A DNA stretch of 18,175 bases from Promethearchaeota archaeon (GTDB lineage Archaea; Asgardarchaeota; Lokiarchaeia; Sigyniarchaeales; SOKP01). The stretch is taken from NCBI GenBank assembly GCA_048938445.1, contig JBHLME010000087.1:1-18175 (forward strand), written 5' to 3'. The notes beneath the pieces are model-generated. The model ran no database searches. It was not told the origin of the DNA and saw only the letters and a list, made by a program, of their open reading frames with translations. Below, in pieces: positions 17,201 through 18,175 of this stretch (the first letter of the stretch is position 1; every line of letters begins with the position of its first letter). Position numbers and translations under genes: made by a program.

Positions 17201-18111
17201 ATACATCCCCCTTCAAAATTTAAAAAATTCAAACAGAGATTTAAGATCTTATTTAATAAATCGTGTATATTATTGGCTTGATTTCCAGCTATAATAATTT
17301 GGCTTAATATTTCTAGTTTTTCATAGTTCTCTTTAAAGATTTTTTCTTTTTCTACTTGATGCGTAATATCACTAATAATCGCAAAAGAACCATCAAATCC
17401 TCCTTTTTCATTAATAAGTGGAACAGGAGAGAGAATTACATTTACCTTTTCCCCATTCTTTTTATTCAAGATAAGTTCATATTTAGCAGAGATTCCTTTT
17501 TGCCTATTTGAGAATTCATTCTTAGCGAGTTCTCTAAAATTTTCATCAATAATATCCAAAAAATGAAATCTTGTCAATTCTTCAGAGGTATAGCCAAGCA
17601 TATCGCATGTTTTTGAATTAACATATACTATCATTCCATTTTTATCTAAGGCCCCCAATCCATCGTTCATATTCTCAACTAGGCTTCTAAAGCGAGCCTC
17701 GCTTTGATATAACGCTTCGATAATATTCCTTTTTAAGGTGATATCATAAATAATCGCTTGAATATATTTATCATCACCAATTTTTATAATACTTGTGTTT
17801 AAATTGAGCCAGACATCTGATCCATCAGATTTTTGAAATAGAATTTCTATTGGTTCTAAAATTTCACCATTGAGGAGTCTATTGTATCTTTTTAGAATAA
17901 TTTTGATAAATTTTTTATTACTTTTAGTTATGGGAAGAGCCTGAGGTATTAGCTTACCGATGAGATCTTTTTTTTTAATTTTTTGTGGAAGTAATTGTTC
18001 AAATGACTCATTGAAATCATATATTTTACCATTAAGTTCTAATAATAGAAGTGGTATGGAAGATTTATTAAATGAGTCAAAATATTTATCCTTATTTTCA
18101 TATAAAGTCAA
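14248..18111 (-). CDS. Cytoplasmic multi-sensor histidine kinase (PAS-PAS-GAF-5xPAS-HisKA-HATPase)
   Basis: Repeated SEEKYR...DIT PAS/PAC units, one GAF (SIASVPI..IIGILSL), H-box SHELKTPL, N-box NLLMNAIK, G1 DNGIG and G2 GTGLGL. No transmembrane or receiver segment is evident. Start placed at TTG 18111, 6 nt after GGAGGT; the ORF track gives 18126. Confidence 0.93.
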   Translation of the reverse strand: MTLYENKDKYFDSFNKSSIPLLLLELNGKIYDFNESFEQLLPQKIKKKDLIGKLIPQALPITKSNKKFIKIILKRYNRLLNGEILEPIEILFQKSDGSDVWLNLNTSIIKIGDDKYIQAIIYDITLKRNIIEALYQSEARFRSLVENMNDGLGALDKNGMIVYVNSKTCDMLGYTSEELTRFHFLDIIDENFRELAKNEFSNRQKGISAKYELILNKKNGEKVNVILSPVPLINEKGGFDGSFAIISDITHQVEKEKIFKENYEKLEILSQIIIAGNQANNIHDLLNKILNLCLNFLNFEGGCIHLLGKNPDNYKTFIQEGIPIDILNEIKDYQYDDDYFKPLFSKKTPIFIENETLEAPILFKELGISSIASVPIIKKDSIIGILSLISKNRYKFSKFESDLFLAMGQEIGTAVDRMLFEEKLRESEEKYRSLFDSSPNAVLIMNMNGVIIDCNSISEQFSGFQKNELIGKFFLDVTGVPKKYVPEVIEDFKKLIKGKIAEREIQLYNKEGSLIWVHYSGSLVNLGDENLLQIIIQVIEDKKKAEEELKRSEEKYRFITENIDDNVAVFDEKLRLLFANESQEKISGFTVDEIINKNPLDYIHPDDKDKAIQVLKDMAKKKESSGIYRMKHKEGNYLWMDVRGKIFYDSDGELRYLLVSRDITERILAEEELKRSEEKYRFITENITDNITILDEKLRLMYTNELKFSLYGYTLDEFEGKSIYEFIYPDDKKKVKLSLKELLEKGETSKIFRIKNKLGKLMWMDVRAKNYVDPEGKRGYILVSRDITERILAEEKLRESEEKFRNLAEQSIAAIIIMQDNKYKYINQRLSDLTGYSVEEMLNWEAGEYIKKTIHPDFIRMIQEKAKERELGLNMDINNYQFKGIKKSGDVAWCELYSKPIIYEGRPANFITIMDITQQKESELKYRVISENANDLIIIINKHLQIEYINEKAFKKTLGYNKEDLIGDLDLSLIHPEDIDQSLKKITLALQTGSATTQVRFIAKNGEYIWLDVIGNSFYDKIGDTKLILIARDISWYKKVEEQLKEINRLKTDLLRRTSHELKTPLIAIKGNADLLLKLHKDKLDPKIISIVKDMKQGCIRLENIILDILKGSQLESGKLKLNKKYDNLSFLIKFTVNEILDIAAKRDQTILVDIEDDIMTNFEKETIHEVISNLLMNAIKNTPPEGVIHVKTQLNDHEVIISVEDNGIGITPAEKERLFTQFGKIERFGQGMNLGIEGTGLGLYISKKLVELHGGKIWAESEGRNKGAIFYFTLPIEEKKENSEDY
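15730..16473 (-). repeat. Tandem 372-bp intragenic duplication (two adjacent PAS units)
   Basis: 16058-16101 matches 16430-16473 at 43/44 nt, and 15734-15762 matches 16106-16134 at 28/29 nt. Both pairs are offset by exactly 372 nt (124 codons). Confidence 0.85.
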
Positions 18112-18175
18112 AAATTTACCTCCCAATTATAGATCTAAATAATCTTTTTACTCAAAATTCTAGTAAAAAAGAGTT

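Noticed and set aside
10819-18142. Short ORFs antisense to the ligase, amidohydrolase and kinase (10819-11199, 12696-12905, 13231-13440, 13825-14106, 14684-15058, 16131-16328, 17960-18142)
   Set aside because: Shadow ORFs whose Phe/Leu-rich composition simply mirrors the A-rich sense strand.

Overview
AT-rich archaeal window; an Asgard/Lokiarchaeia-like origin is inferred from gene content only and is not proven. Positions 110-7964 (minus strand) hold an unusually complete cluster for the modified 'archaeal' (Aeropyrum-type) mevalonate pathway. In transcription order it encodes HMG-CoA synthase, class II HMG-CoA reductase, a UbiD-family anhydromevalonate phosphate decarboxylase, the large and small phosphomevalonate dehydratase (AcnX) subunits, mevalonate kinase and isopentenyl phosphate kinase. 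A cis-prenyltransferase (uppS) lies divergently. The cluster looks mosaic: the HMG-CoA synthase is bacterial/eukaryotic-type with a long insert and an apparent C-terminal DUF35 fusion, the reductase is class II, and the mevalonate kinase closely resembles trypanosomatid enzymes as I recall them. On the plus strand follow a 597-aa unknown protein, a GCS2/YbdK-type carboxylate-amine ligase and a metal-dependent amidohydrolase, which may form an undescribed amide ligation/hydrolysis module. The window ends with a convergent 7-PAS + GAF histidine kinase carrying a 372-bp internal duplication. I saw no RNA genes, CRISPR arrays or mobile elements.
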